Positions 19,088-27,890 of a stretch of DNA of 64,000 bases are shown piece by piece. How positions within the stretch are numbered: position 1 is the first letter of the stretch; each line of letters starts with the position of its first letter. The DNA is from Defluviicoccus sp. (GTDB lineage: Bacteria > Pseudomonadota > Alphaproteobacteria > MPNO01): the NCBI GenBank assembly GCA_022823775.1, contig JAJEHI010000086.1, positions 1,309 through 65,308 on the forward strand, given 5' to 3'. The notes under the pieces were generated by a model that had not been told where the DNA came from, did no database searches, and saw only the letters and a list, made by a program, of their open reading frames with translations. A program made the translations under genes and the position numbers.

Positions 19088-21373
19088 CTACTCGGCGGCC
19101 GCCTTGGTCTCGCCGCCGTCCATCAGCTCCAGCAGCTTGGGCGGCGACATGGGCAGCGACTGCGGTCGGATCCCGATCGCGTCGCCGATGGCGTTGCCGA
19201 TCGCGGCCAGCGTCGGGACAACCGGCACCTCGCCCACGCCCCGGAGGCCGTAGGGGTGGTTCGGGTTGGGAACTTCGACGATCACCGTGTCGATCATCGG
19301 CACGTCGGAGGCCACCGGCATCCGGTAGTCGAGGAAGCTCGGGTTATCGAGCGTCCCGTCCTCGCGGTAGATGTACTCCTCGTTGAGCGCCCAGCCGACG
19401 CCCTGCACCGCGCCGCCCTGGTACTGGCCCTCGACCTGGAGCGGGTGGATCGCCTTGCCGGCGTCCTCGATCACGGTGTAGCGCGTCACGTCCACCCGGC
19501 CGGTGCCGCGATCCACCTTGAGGTCGACGATATGCACCCCGAAGCCGGGCCCCTCGCCGGTCACGTTCATCTCCGAATGGCCGGCGATGGCGCCGTGGCT
19601 GACGCTGGTCCGCGACGCGATGTCCTTGATCGAGAGCGGTTCGAAATCGCCCACGTTGGCGCTCGCCGGGCGGCAGTGGCCGTCCTCGAACGTGACCTCC
19701 TCCGGCGAGACGCCCCAGATCTCGGCGGCGCGCGCGACCATCTTGTCGATCGCCTGGCGCGCGCCGTCGACGATCACCATGCCGGACGAGAACGTCGTGC
19801 GGCTGCCGGCGGTCACGCGGTTGTTGCCGATCGCGCTGGTGTCGGCGAAGTTCGCCCGCACCTTCTCGAGCGGAACGCCGAGCTCCTCCGCCGCCATCAT
19901 GCTGATGGAGACGCGCGATCCCGCGACGTCGGAGGTCCCGAGCATGATGTTGACCGATCCGTCGGGGGTGATGGTGAGCGAACCCGTCGTGTCGCCGCCC
20001 CGGTTGAACCAGAAACCCGCGGCGAGGCCCCTCCCCTCGCCCGGCTTGACCGGCGCGTTGTAGTGGTCGGTCTTCTTGGCGGCTTCGAGCGTTTCGACGA
20101 AGCCGATCGGCCCGAAGGTGGCGCCGTAGAGCGTCGTATAGCCCTCGGTCGCGGCGTTCTTGAGTCGGAAGTCGATCTCGTCCATGCCGATCTTGTTGGC
20201 GAGCTCGGTAACGATGCCCTCGACCCCGAAGACGATCTGCGGCACGCAGGGCGCCCTGAACGCGTTCACCTTGGGCCGGTTGGAGACCACCTCCCAGGCG
20301 GTCGTCTTGATGTTGTCCAGCGCGTAACGGGTGAACATCGCGTGCGGCGCGTTGAAGAACATCGAGCCCGTGAACGCGCCCGTCTGGAAGATCAGCTCGG
20401 CCTCCGCCGCGACGATCTTGCCGTCGTTGGTGCAGCCCATCTTGATCCGGGAGCGAGTGCCCGAGACCGGGCCGGTGCAGCGGAAGACCTCGTTCCGGGT
20501 CAGCACGATCTTGACCGGGCGGCGCGCCTTCTTGGAAAGCACCACCGCGAGGGGCTCGCCGTAGAACCCGGTCTTGCCGCCGAAGCCGCCGCCCATCTCG
20601 GACTGCATCACCTTGATGCGCGAGGAATCGAGCCGGAGGATGTCGGCCAGCCGGTCGCGGAAGACATGCGTGCCCTGGGTGCAGCACCAGAGCTCGATCT
20701 GGTCGTCCTCGTTGCAGTTGGCGACGCATCCCTGCGGCTCGATATAGCCCTGGTGCATCGGCTTCGAATCGTATTCGCGCTCAACGATCACGTCGGCTTC
20801 GGCGAAGCCCGCCTCCACGTCGCCCATCGCGAGGTCGAGCCGCTCGACGACGTTGGTCGGCGAATCCTCCGCCCCCTCGACGCCCTTGGTCCTGAGATGG
20901 TCGTGCAGGATCGGCGCGCCCGGCTGCATCGCCTCGACCGGGTCGATCACGTGCGGGAGCGTCTCGTATTCGACCTCGATCAGCTTGAGCGCCCGTTTGG
21001 CGACGGGTTCGCTGGTCGCAGCGACCGCGGCCACCGGATGGCCGTCATAGAACACCTTCTCGCGCGCCATGATGTTGCGCGACAGGTCCCCGCCCGGCGA
21101 GCCGAGCGGCAGTTCCGGGAAATCGTCCCGCGTGACCACCGCCTTCACGCCCGGCAGGGCCTCCGCCTTCGACGTGTCGATCGACTTCAGGATCGCGTGC
21201 GGGTGCGGGCTCCTGAGAATCTTGCCGAACAGCATTCCGGGAAGGATCAGGTCGGCGCCGAACTTGGCGCGGCCCGTGACCTTGTCCGGCCCGTCCTGCT
21301 TGACCGGGTTGGTGCCGACGACCTTGAGTTCCTTGTCGGGGTTGAAGCCGCTGTTTTCCAGAATGCTCGCCAT
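19088..21373 (-). CDS. Xanthine-dehydrogenase-family molybdopterin-binding large subunit (CoxL/aldehyde oxidoreductase-like)
   Basis: 762-aa product from MASILENSGF... with a GAGGGAG RBS. MoCo-domain motif SEMGGGFGGKTGF. The upstream ORF extension is antisense-like junk. Confidence 0.85.
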   Translation of the reverse strand: MASILENSGFNPDKELKVVGTNPVKQDGPDKVTGRAKFGADLILPGMLFGKILRSPHPHAILKSIDTSKAEALPGVKAVVTRDDFPELPLGSPGGDLSRNIMAREKVFYDGHPVAAVAATSEPVAKRALKLIEVEYETLPHVIDPVEAMQPGAPILHDHLRTKGVEGAEDSPTNVVERLDLAMGDVEAGFAEADVIVEREYDSKPMHQGYIEPQGCVANCNEDDQIELWCCTQGTHVFRDRLADILRLDSSRIKVMQSEMGGGFGGKTGFYGEPLAVVLSKKARRPVKIVLTRNEVFRCTGPVSGTRSRIKMGCTNDGKIVAAEAELIFQTGAFTGSMFFNAPHAMFTRYALDNIKTTAWEVVSNRPKVNAFRAPCVPQIVFGVEGIVTELANKIGMDEIDFRLKNAATEGYTTLYGATFGPIGFVETLEAAKKTDHYNAPVKPGEGRGLAAGFWFNRGGDTTGSLTITPDGSVNIMLGTSDVAGSRVSISMMAAEELGVPLEKVRANFADTSAIGNNRVTAGSRTTFSSGMVIVDGARQAIDKMVARAAEIWGVSPEEVTFEDGHCRPASANVGDFEPLSIKDIASRTSVSHGAIAGHSEMNVTGEGPGFGVHIVDLKVDRGTGRVDVTRYTVIEDAGKAIHPLQVEGQYQGGAVQGVGWALNEEYIYREDGTLDNPSFLDYRMPVASDVPMIDTVIVEVPNPNHPYGLRGVGEVPVVPTLAAIGNAIGDAIGIRPQSLPMSPPKLLELMDGGETKAAAE

Positions 21374-21375
21374 CT

Positions 21376-21855
21376 TCAGCTCTCCCTCATCTCTTCCGCG
21401 GCCGCCTGGACGGAGCGGATGACCTTGTCGTAGCCGGTGCACCGGCAGAGATTGCCGGCCAGCCAGAAGCGGATTTCGGTTTCGGTGGGGTCGGGGTTGC
21501 GCTCCAGCAGCGCCCGCGCCGCGATCAGGATGCCCGGCGTGCAGATGCCGCATTGCAGCCCGTTGAGCTCGAGGAAATTGCGCTGCAGCGGGTGCAGCTC
21601 GTCCTCGCCCTCGGCCATCCCCTCGATGGTGTCGACGTTCTTGCCGTCGGCCTCGACGGCGAGCACCAGGCAGGAGCAGACCAGCTCGCCGTCCAGCATG
21701 ACCGAGCACGCGCCGCAGTCGCCGGTGGAGCACCCCTCCTTGGTCCCGGTCAGGCCGAGCCCGTTGCGGATGACGTCGACGAGCGTCTGGCCCGGCTCGC
21801 AGAGGAACTCGTACTCGTCGCCGTTGATTGTCGTGGATACGTGAGCCTTGGGCAT
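21376..21855 (-). CDS. [2Fe-2S] small subunit of Mo-hydroxylase (CoxS-like)
   Basis: Two cluster motifs (CSTGDCGACSV and CGICTPG...CRCTGY). GAGGAGA RBS. Confidence 0.9.
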   Translation of the reverse strand: MPKAHVSTTINGDEYEFLCEPGQTLVDVIRNGLGLTGTKEGCSTGDCGACSVMLDGELVCSCLVLAVEADGKNVDTIEGMAEGEDELHPLQRNFLELNGLQCGICTPGILIAARALLERNPDPTETEIRFWLAGNLCRCTGYDKVIRSVQAAAEEMRES

Positions 21856-22724
21856 CAGTTTCTCCTCGCACGCTCGAGCGCGGTCTCGGCCGCGCGCCGC
21901 GCCATCACGCCGGCGGTCTTGATCCGGTACGCGATCGTCCCGCGCTTGTCGTCGATCGGATCGCAGGCGGCGCTTGCCGCCTCGGACAACGCCACCAGGG
22001 CCGCGTCGTCCGCCGGGGTGCCGATCAGCGCGGCCGCGGCGTCCTCCACCAGCAGCGGCGTCGGCGCCACCGCGCCGAGCGAGACCCGGGCGGCGGTGCA
22101 GGTGCCGCCATCGTCGAGCGTGACGTTTACCGCCGCGCCGACCACGGCGATGTCCATCTCGGTCCGGGGCGTCAGCCTGAGATAGCAGTCCCCAGAGTGC
22201 GGCGGGCGTTTGGGGAAGGTGAACGAGACCACCATCTCCCCCGCCTCCAGCGCGGTCTGGCCGGGGCCGGTTACGACGTCCTCCACGGGCAGGTCGCGCC
22301 GCCCGCCGGGTCCCGCGATGTTGGCCACCGCGCCAGCGGCGATCAGCGGCGGAACGCTGTCGGCCGCGGGCGATGCGTTGCAAAGATTGCCGCCGACGCT
22401 CGCCCTGCCCTTGACCTGGATCGACCCGATCAGGGCCACGCCCTCGATCACGCCGGGCCATGCGGCAGCGAAGCCCTCGTGACCCATCAGCTTCATGCCC
22501 GAGGTGGCCGCGCCGATTTTCCAGGCACCGTCTTCAACCGATATATCAGTTAGTTCGGGTATGTTCTTGATATCGACGATAAGTTCGGGCTCGATCAGGT
22601 CCCCGTGCAGCAGGACCAGCACGTCGGTGCCACCGGCCAGGATCCTAGCCCCGGCCCCGGCGTCGGCCAGCATCCCGACCGCCGCGTCGAGACTGTCCGG
22701 CGCGGCGTAATTCAACTCCGTCAT
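21855..22724 (-). CDS. FAD-binding medium subunit of Mo-hydroxylase (CoxM-like)
   Basis: FAD-binding PCMH-type domain (ILAGGTDVLV, ASVGGNLC). Overlaps the small-subunit start. Confidence 0.85.
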   Translation of the reverse strand: MTELNYAAPDSLDAAVGMLADAGAGARILAGGTDVLVLLHGDLIEPELIVDIKNIPELTDISVEDGAWKIGAATSGMKLMGHEGFAAAWPGVIEGVALIGSIQVKGRASVGGNLCNASPAADSVPPLIAAGAVANIAGPGGRRDLPVEDVVTGPGQTALEAGEMVVSFTFPKRPPHSGDCYLRLTPRTEMDIAVVGAAVNVTLDDGGTCTAARVSLGAVAPTPLLVEDAAAALIGTPADDAALVALSEAASAACDPIDDKRGTIAYRIKTAGVMARRAAETALERARRN

Positions 22725-23099
22725 TCAATGCCTCCCGGGCGCAATCCGTTCCCTCCGCCGATGGTGCCTATTCGGCCCCGATTCGGCAAGCCGTCCCCGA
22801 CGCCGCGCCGGGCAACGAGAAGGGCGCCGGCATCTCCGGCGCCCTCACTTTTCGACTTTGATAAATTTACCCCAAAACACGTCCCGAGTCAAGAAAAATA
22901 TTCTTCAAAGGAAAATTTTGTCGTTTTGTCTTTGGAATTTCGGAGCTTTTTGGTGGTCATGGTTCAGCGTCCAAGAACGCTTGCCGAGAACCAGAATTGC
23001 CTCGTCCCCTATTCCGGTTGCAAAGGAGCAGCTTTCTTGCGCACCGCCACGGTCGGCCCGACCCGTGGCGATGAGCGGGGCCGATTCGTCTCGCCGGCC

Positions 23100-23220
23100 C
23101 GCTCAGGCGATCCGCCCGCCGCGGCCGCGGATCATGGGAGCGATACGGCGGCAAAACCCTCGCGGTCCATCGGCTTCATGCCCGTGGTCGCGGCGCCGAT
23201 CGGCCAAGCGCTATCATTGA
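23100..23220 (-). pseudogene. Relic fragment of a second CoxM-like FAD-subunit gene
   Basis: The reverse complement encodes ...AWPIGAATTGMKPMDRGEGFAAVSLP*, matching AWKIGAATSGMKLMGHEGFAAAWPG in the intact gene at 22480-22530. It is interrupted by a stop. Nucleotide similarity is visible by eye (gcttcatgcccg.ggtcgcggcgccgat). Confidence 0.45.
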
Positions 23221-23265
23221 AGGACCGCGGCGAACCGCGGGATCGTCCGTGACGGCGCGTATTTC

Positions 23266-23484
23266 TTATTCCGCCGCCCCCGCCGGGCGGCGTTCTCTAT
23301 CGACCAGAAATTTGGTGAGAAGGTCGACCGCCCCCTCCAGGCGAGCGAGGCGCTCCCGCAAATCGCCTTCCAGCCTGGCCATGCGATCCCGCAGGCCCAC
23401 GATATCGCGGTGCAGGTTCCAGAGAAAAGCCAGGACAGCGATAACGCCGGCCAAATTGGCGTATTGCAGGATATCGGCGTTCAT
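23266..23484 (-). CDS. Hypothetical small membrane-anchored coiled-coil protein
   Basis: 72-aa ORF with an N-terminal hydrophobic helix (LAGVIAVLAFLW) followed by LRDRMARLEGDLRERLARLEG heptads. Architecture resembles the 18564 protein. No clear RBS. Confidence 0.3.
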   Translation of the reverse strand: MNADILQYANLAGVIAVLAFLWNLHRDIVGLRDRMARLEGDLRERLARLEGAVDLLTKFLVDRERRPAGAAE

Positions 23485-23604
23485 TCGGTCGGAACCCTGT
23501 CTGGCTTCTTCCGGACTCGATCACTTTAACCCGTTCGGGGTGAATATCATGAAAAACAATTCAATCTCAAGGGGCATCGCCGAAGCAAAGCTTGCATCGC
23601 CGGT

Positions 23605-24816
23605 TCAGACAGTCCGCCGGCCGCGACCGCGGCCGCGGACCATGGTAAGCGCCACGACGAAGGCGACCGCCAGGATCGCGGCGCCGGCGATATAGGGCAT
23701 GTCGCGTCCCCAGGCGGCGAACAGCGCGCCGGCGGTTATCGGCCCCAGGATGCGCATCAGGCTCTGGACCGATTGCGTCACGCCGAGGATCGCGCCCTGC
23801 GACTCATCCGGCGAGGCGCGCGAGATCAGCGCGTTGAAGGCGGGTTGTCCGAGGCCGTAACCCAGCGTGATCGCGGCGCCCGACAGCGCGATCGCGGTCA
23901 CCGTGTCGGACAAGGGCAGCGTGCCGATGCCGACCGCCATCGCCAGGATCCCGTAGGCCGCCGTCCGCCTCTCGCCGCGCAACCTCACCACGACCCCGAC
24001 CAGCCCGCCCTGGACGATCACCAGCAGCACGCCGATATAGGCGAAGAAGAAGCCGGTCTCGCGCGGCCCCCAGCCCACCGCGCGCTCTGCCCAGATGGCG
24101 AAGGTGGATTCCAGCCCGCCCATGGCGAAGCCCATCATGGCGAAGCAGAGGATGGGGATGCCGACGGCCGGCATGGCGAGAACCTTGGCGAACCCGGCGA
24201 GCTGGGCGGGGACGCTGTAGCGCGGGCCGGACCGTCGACGGCGTTCCGGCTCCGGCAGAAACAGGAGCCCGAAAAGGACGCCCACGAACGACATCGCGGC
24301 GGCGGCGAGGAACGGCGTGCGGAAATCCGGGTTGGCCGGGTCCGGCCCGGCGAGAATGCCGCCGATCGCCGGGCCGAGCACGAAGCCGAGCCCGAAGGCG
24401 GCGCCGAACAGGCCGAGCCCCTTGGCCCGGTCCTCTTCCGGCGTCACATCGGCGATATAGGCTTGGCCGACCGCGATATTGGCGCCGAAGATGCCGCCCA
24501 TCGCGCGCGCCGCGAACAGCATCCAGAGCGCCTCGGCGAAGCCGAGCCAGAGGAAGGAGAGCACCGAGCCCATGAGGCTCAGGAGCAGGATGGGCTTCCG
24601 CCCCCACTTGTCGCTCGCCCAGCCCCACAAGAACGAGAATACGAACCCGAAGGCGGAGTAGGTCGCGAAGAGGAGCGTTACCGTCGCCGGCCCGGCGCCG
24701 AACCGCTCGGCCCAGAACGGGGTCAGCGGGATGATGATCCCGAACCCCACCATGTCCATGAATACGGTGATCAGGAGCGCCGTCAGCGCGCCCCCGCGGC
24801 GAAACCTGCCCCTCAT
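23605..24816 (-). CDS. MFS transporter (tetracycline-resistance-like/TCR family)
   Basis: 12 predicted TM segments, MFS motif A-like GRKPIL, and a D(K/R)xGR region. Confidence 0.8.
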   Translation of the reverse strand: MRGRFRRGGALTALLITVFMDMVGFGIIIPLTPFWAERFGAGPATVTLLFATYSAFGFVFSFLWGWASDKWGRKPILLLSLMGSVLSFLWLGFAEALWMLFAARAMGGIFGANIAVGQAYIADVTPEEDRAKGLGLFGAAFGLGFVLGPAIGGILAGPDPANPDFRTPFLAAAAMSFVGVLFGLLFLPEPERRRRSGPRYSVPAQLAGFAKVLAMPAVGIPILCFAMMGFAMGGLESTFAIWAERAVGWGPRETGFFFAYIGVLLVIVQGGLVGVVVRLRGERRTAAYGILAMAVGIGTLPLSDTVTAIALSGAAITLGYGLGQPAFNALISRASPDESQGAILGVTQSVQSLMRILGPITAGALFAAWGRDMPYIAGAAILAVAFVVALTMVRGRGRGRRTV

Positions 24817-24989
24817 CCGCGCATCGCGCGCTCAGCCATGGCGCCGTTCCGACAAACCGCGTTAGACGGTCGGGAGCATACACAGGACAGCCGCCGCCGC
24901 GTTGCGGGGCGGCCGTTATTGCCTATGATCCGACGAGCGGCGGACTATAGACATCGTTGTCGGACCGCGCGAGGGCCGGAGGAGCGGGA

Positions 24990-25205
24990 ATGGCGATACG
25001 GATCGAATACTGCGTGAGATGAAACTACGAGCCGCGCACCCTCCGTGCGAGGGACAGGCTCAAGGCACGCGGCGCCGGGGACGTCGAGATCGCTCCCGGG
25101 GCGACCGGCGCCTTCGAGATCGTCATCGACGGGCGGACCGCCTGGTCCAAGCTCGGGACCGGGCGCTTTCCCACCGACGAAGAGGTCGACGCGTTGCTCG
25201 GCTGA
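24990..25205 (+). CDS. SelW/Rdx-family selenoprotein (CxxU) with in-frame UGA selenocysteine codon
   Basis: ATG at 24990 preceded by GGAGGAGCGGG. Translation is MAIRIEYCVR-U-NYEPRTLRARDRLKARGAGDVEIAPGATGAFEIVIDGRTAWSKLGTGRFPTDEEVDALLG, with TGA at 25020-25022 exactly at the CxxU redox-motif position. It carries the downstream family hallmarks (PGxxGxFEI..DG, SKL, FP). A hairpin follows immediately 3' of the UGA. It was missed by the ORF track because of the internal TGA. Confidence 0.7.
25029..25061 (+). promoter_or_regulatory. Candidate bacterial SECIS hairpin downstream of the UGA
   Basis: gagcc-gcgca-ccctc-CGUGC-gaggg-aca-ggcuc: outer stem, inner stem, internal loop and a 5-nt apical loop containing GU. 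It begins 7 nt after the UGA. Confidence 0.4.
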
Positions 25206-25220
25206 CCGCCGGGAAACGCC

Positions 25221-26648
25221 TCAGTTGGTACGGGTCGGGGTCTCGAGGCTGGCCTCGGCGCGCGGCGCATCGAAGCTCCGGCGCGCCGGGCTCACGGGCT
25301 TCACCCCGTCTTCTCCGACCTCGACGATCGCGTAGCTGCGCTCCGACAGCCCGTCGGCGTGGAAGCGAAACAGCCCGGAGGCACCCTCGAAGCCGCGCGC
25401 GTCGCGCAGCGCCGGGACGCCGAAATCCGCCCCGGGACGCCGCCCGAGCAGCGCCGCGACCGCCGCCGCGTCATAGGCGAGCGCCGCGAGCGGGCCGGGC
25501 GGCTTGCCGAAGAATTCGGAGAAGCGCCGCTCGAACAGGCTGCCCAGCTCGGTGGCAGGGCTCGCGTACCACGCGCCCCTGAGCGCCGGCTCGTATCTCA
25601 GCTCGAGCCGGTCCCAGGTCGAAATGCCGAGCACGCGCACCCGATCGCTCGGAATGTCGTAATACGGCAAACGCGCCGCGATGGCGTAGACGGGGCTGCT
25701 GCCGGACGGCACCAGAATCGCGTCGAACCCGACATTTCCCAATGTGTCGCGATTCTTCAGCCGCTCCAGAATGGCGAGCGATTCGGGGTCCCCGCGCCGT
25801 TTCAGGGCGGTGCGGCGTTCGCTCAGCGCGGCCTTGCGGCCGTCGTAGCGGGCAAGCCGGCGAACCGCGCGGTCGATCGACGGCACGTCGTCGGTGTAAA
25901 CGGCGATCTCGTGCACCCTGATGCCGGCCTCCCGCGCCGCGGCGTCGGCGGCGACGGCGGCCTGGGCGCCGAACCTGCCGGTCGGGACCAGAACCGCCAG
26001 GCTGCGGATCCCGCGCCCGCCGGCATAGGCCAGGACCGCGCGGATCTGCGGCTCCAGATGATGACCGAGGATGAAGACGCCCCGCCCCGCCGCAGCCCGG
26101 TCGTTGGTGAACGCGACCACGTTGACGCCCGCGCGCTCGGCGACGGGCGCGACCGCCGCGACGGAGTCCGAGAACAGCGGGCCGAGCAGCAGCCTCGCGC
26201 CGTCCTTCAGCGCCGCCGCCGCCGCTTCCGCCGCGCCCGCCGGCGTTCCCGCCGTGTCGTAGGGCTTGAGCGCGAGGCCGGGAGCGGCGTGGTCGAACAC
26301 GGCCATCATGGCGCCGCTCAGCATCGCGCGACCGAGCTCGCGCTCGTCTCCCGACAGCGGCAGCAGGATTCCGACGACGACCGGTGCTTCGTCCGTGTCG
26401 GCGGAATCCCGGGTTTCGCCGGGCGCGGACGCCGGGCTTTCGGGCACCGGATCGGCCTTCGGGGCGGGCGGAAGCGCGGGAGCCTTCGCCACGGGCGGCG
26501 GGGCGGCCTCGACCCTCGGAGGCGGCGCTCCTGCCTCGGGCACGCATCCGCCGAGCGCGAGAAGGGCCGCCGCGATCGCGACGGCGCGCGCGAGCCGGCT
26601 TCCCAGCCGAGGAAAAATTGCGGAAAAATGTCGACCGCGGGAGTTCAT
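25221..26648 (-). CDS. LpoA/LppC-type periplasmic-binding-fold lipoprotein (penicillin-binding protein activator-like)
   Basis: Signal peptide plus lipobox (LALGGCV), a Pro/Ala-rich linker, then a type-1 periplasmic binding protein fold. 475 aa. Confidence 0.55.
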   Translation of the reverse strand: MNSRGRHFSAIFPRLGSRLARAVAIAAALLALGGCVPEAGAPPPRVEAAPPPVAKAPALPPAPKADPVPESPASAPGETRDSADTDEAPVVVGILLPLSGDERELGRAMLSGAMMAVFDHAAPGLALKPYDTAGTPAGAAEAAAAALKDGARLLLGPLFSDSVAAVAPVAERAGVNVVAFTNDRAAAGRGVFILGHHLEPQIRAVLAYAGGRGIRSLAVLVPTGRFGAQAAVAADAAAREAGIRVHEIAVYTDDVPSIDRAVRRLARYDGRKAALSERRTALKRRGDPESLAILERLKNRDTLGNVGFDAILVPSGSSPVYAIAARLPYYDIPSDRVRVLGISTWDRLELRYEPALRGAWYASPATELGSLFERRFSEFFGKPPGPLAALAYDAAAVAALLGRRPGADFGVPALRDARGFEGASGLFRFHADGLSERSYAIVEVGEDGVKPVSPARRSFDAPRAEASLETPTRTN

Positions 26649-26770
26649 CCCATTCCTTCGAACATCGAACTAATCGATTGATTCGACGAACCGGTTCACG
26701 CGCCCCGACGGGCGTTGCCGCCCCATGCGCATCAGGGGTCCGGCGGTACGCGCCAAACCCCTGATACCTT

Positions 26771-26847
<77 letters not shown>

Positions 26848-26941
26848 TCGGCTTCGGCGCCCGTTCGGGCGGTCCGATTACGCAGCCGACCATATAGCAC
26901 CTTCGGAGTGGATTACAACGGCGGAGCCGGGAAGCGCCGGC

Positions 26942-27415
26942 CTAATCGAGCGCGTTGCGGAGGCGGGCTCCGATCCGTTCGAGCTCTTCCACGAGCTCCG
27001 CCAGCGCGGCTCTCAGCGCCTCGACTTCGGACGCATCGGCGGCCGGGGCGGCGGGGACCGGTTCGGGCCGGGCCCGCGGCTCCGGAACTTCCGGCCGGGC
27101 CCGGCTGTTCTGGCGCTCGGCGAGCGCCTTCACGCCGCCCTCGCGCAGCAGCTTCTGAACGCCCTTGATGGTATAGCCGTCGGTATAGAGCAGCTCGCGG
27201 ATCGATCTCAGAAGGTCGATGTCCTCCGGGCGGTAGTAGCGCCGCCCGCCGCCGCGCTTCATCGGCTTTACCTGGATGAACTTGCTCTCCCAGAAACGCA
27301 GCACGTGCTGCGGCACGTCGAGTTCGTTCGCCACCTCGCTGATGGTGCGGAAAGCGGACGCCGACTTCGCCGACCCGCGGCGCCTCGCTTCGACCGGCCG
27401 TAGCGCCTCCGCCAT
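26942..27415 (-). CDS. MerR-family transcriptional regulator
   Basis: HTH region ([22 protein letters not shown]) with a coiled-coil C-terminus. Conserved position downstream of ihfA in alphaproteobacteria. Confidence 0.8.
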   Translation of the reverse strand: MAEALRPVEARRRGSAKSASAFRTISEVANELDVPQHVLRFWESKFIQVKPMKRGGGRRYYRPEDIDLLRSIRELLYTDGYTIKGVQKLLREGGVKALAERQNSRARPEVPEPRARPEPVPAAPAADASEVEALRAALAELVEELERIGARLRNALD

Positions 27416-27418
27416 GAC

Positions 27419-27754
27419 TCAGTCGCCGGGCTCGTCCGGGCCGCCCGGCCGCGCGGCCGCCATCGATTGGTTGATTCTCGACTTGAGCACGTTGGAAGCG
27501 CGGAAGACCAGCACCTTGCGGGGCAGGATCGGGACCTCTTCGCCGGTCTTGGGATTGCGCCCCACCCTGGCGCCCTTCTGGCGGACCGAGAAGCTGCCGA
27601 ACGAGGAAATCTTGACCGATTCGCCGCGGGCCAGCGAATCCGAGACCTCGCGGAGCACGGTTTCCACCAGATCGGCCGATTCGTTGCGCGACAGCCCGAT
27701 TTCCCGATACACCGCCTCGGCCAGATGCGCGCGCGTCACCGTCGCTGACGCCAT
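27419..27754 (-). CDS. ihfA: Integration host factor subunit alpha
   Basis: [11 protein letters not shown]...[26 protein letters not shown], a bacterial DNA-binding HU/IHF fold. Confidence 0.9.
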   Translation of the reverse strand: MASATVTRAHLAEAVYREIGLSRNESADLVETVLREVSDSLARGESVKISSFGSFSVRQKGARVGRNPKTGEEVPILPRKVLVFRASNVLKSRINQSMAAARPGGPDEPGD

Positions 27755-27890
27755 TTCCCCAAGCCTCCGCCTGTTCCTTGCTCAGGGTAAGCCGAACAAA
27801 GAATTCAGTCAATTATCAATAGGATAGACGGAGTGCCTAATGTAATACCGCGTCAAGCGCAGCCGGGCGAATCCGCGCGGCCCGTCCCGC

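Noticed and set aside
22605-23252. 215-aa plus-strand ORF across the intergenic region upstream of the Mo-hydroxylase operon.
   Set aside because: It covers an AT-richer promoter-like stretch and the decayed coxM-like relic on the opposite strand. There is no family similarity.
24990-25205. Alternative reading of the SelW-like locus as a pseudogene or sequencing error rather than a selenoprotein.
   Set aside because: The TGA falls exactly at the CxxU position that is Sec in many bacterial Rdx/SelW proteins. A hairpin follows at the expected SECIS distance. The rest of the frame is intact with a strong RBS. The pseudogene reading is retained only as what would refute the finding.
25019-25582. 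187-aa ORF from the track that starts inside the SelW-like locus.
   Set aside because: It is in a different frame from the SelW/Rdx reading frame, Arg-rich, and overlaps the convincingly coding LpoA-like gene on the opposite strand. The true gene is the UGA-containing frame at 24990-25205.
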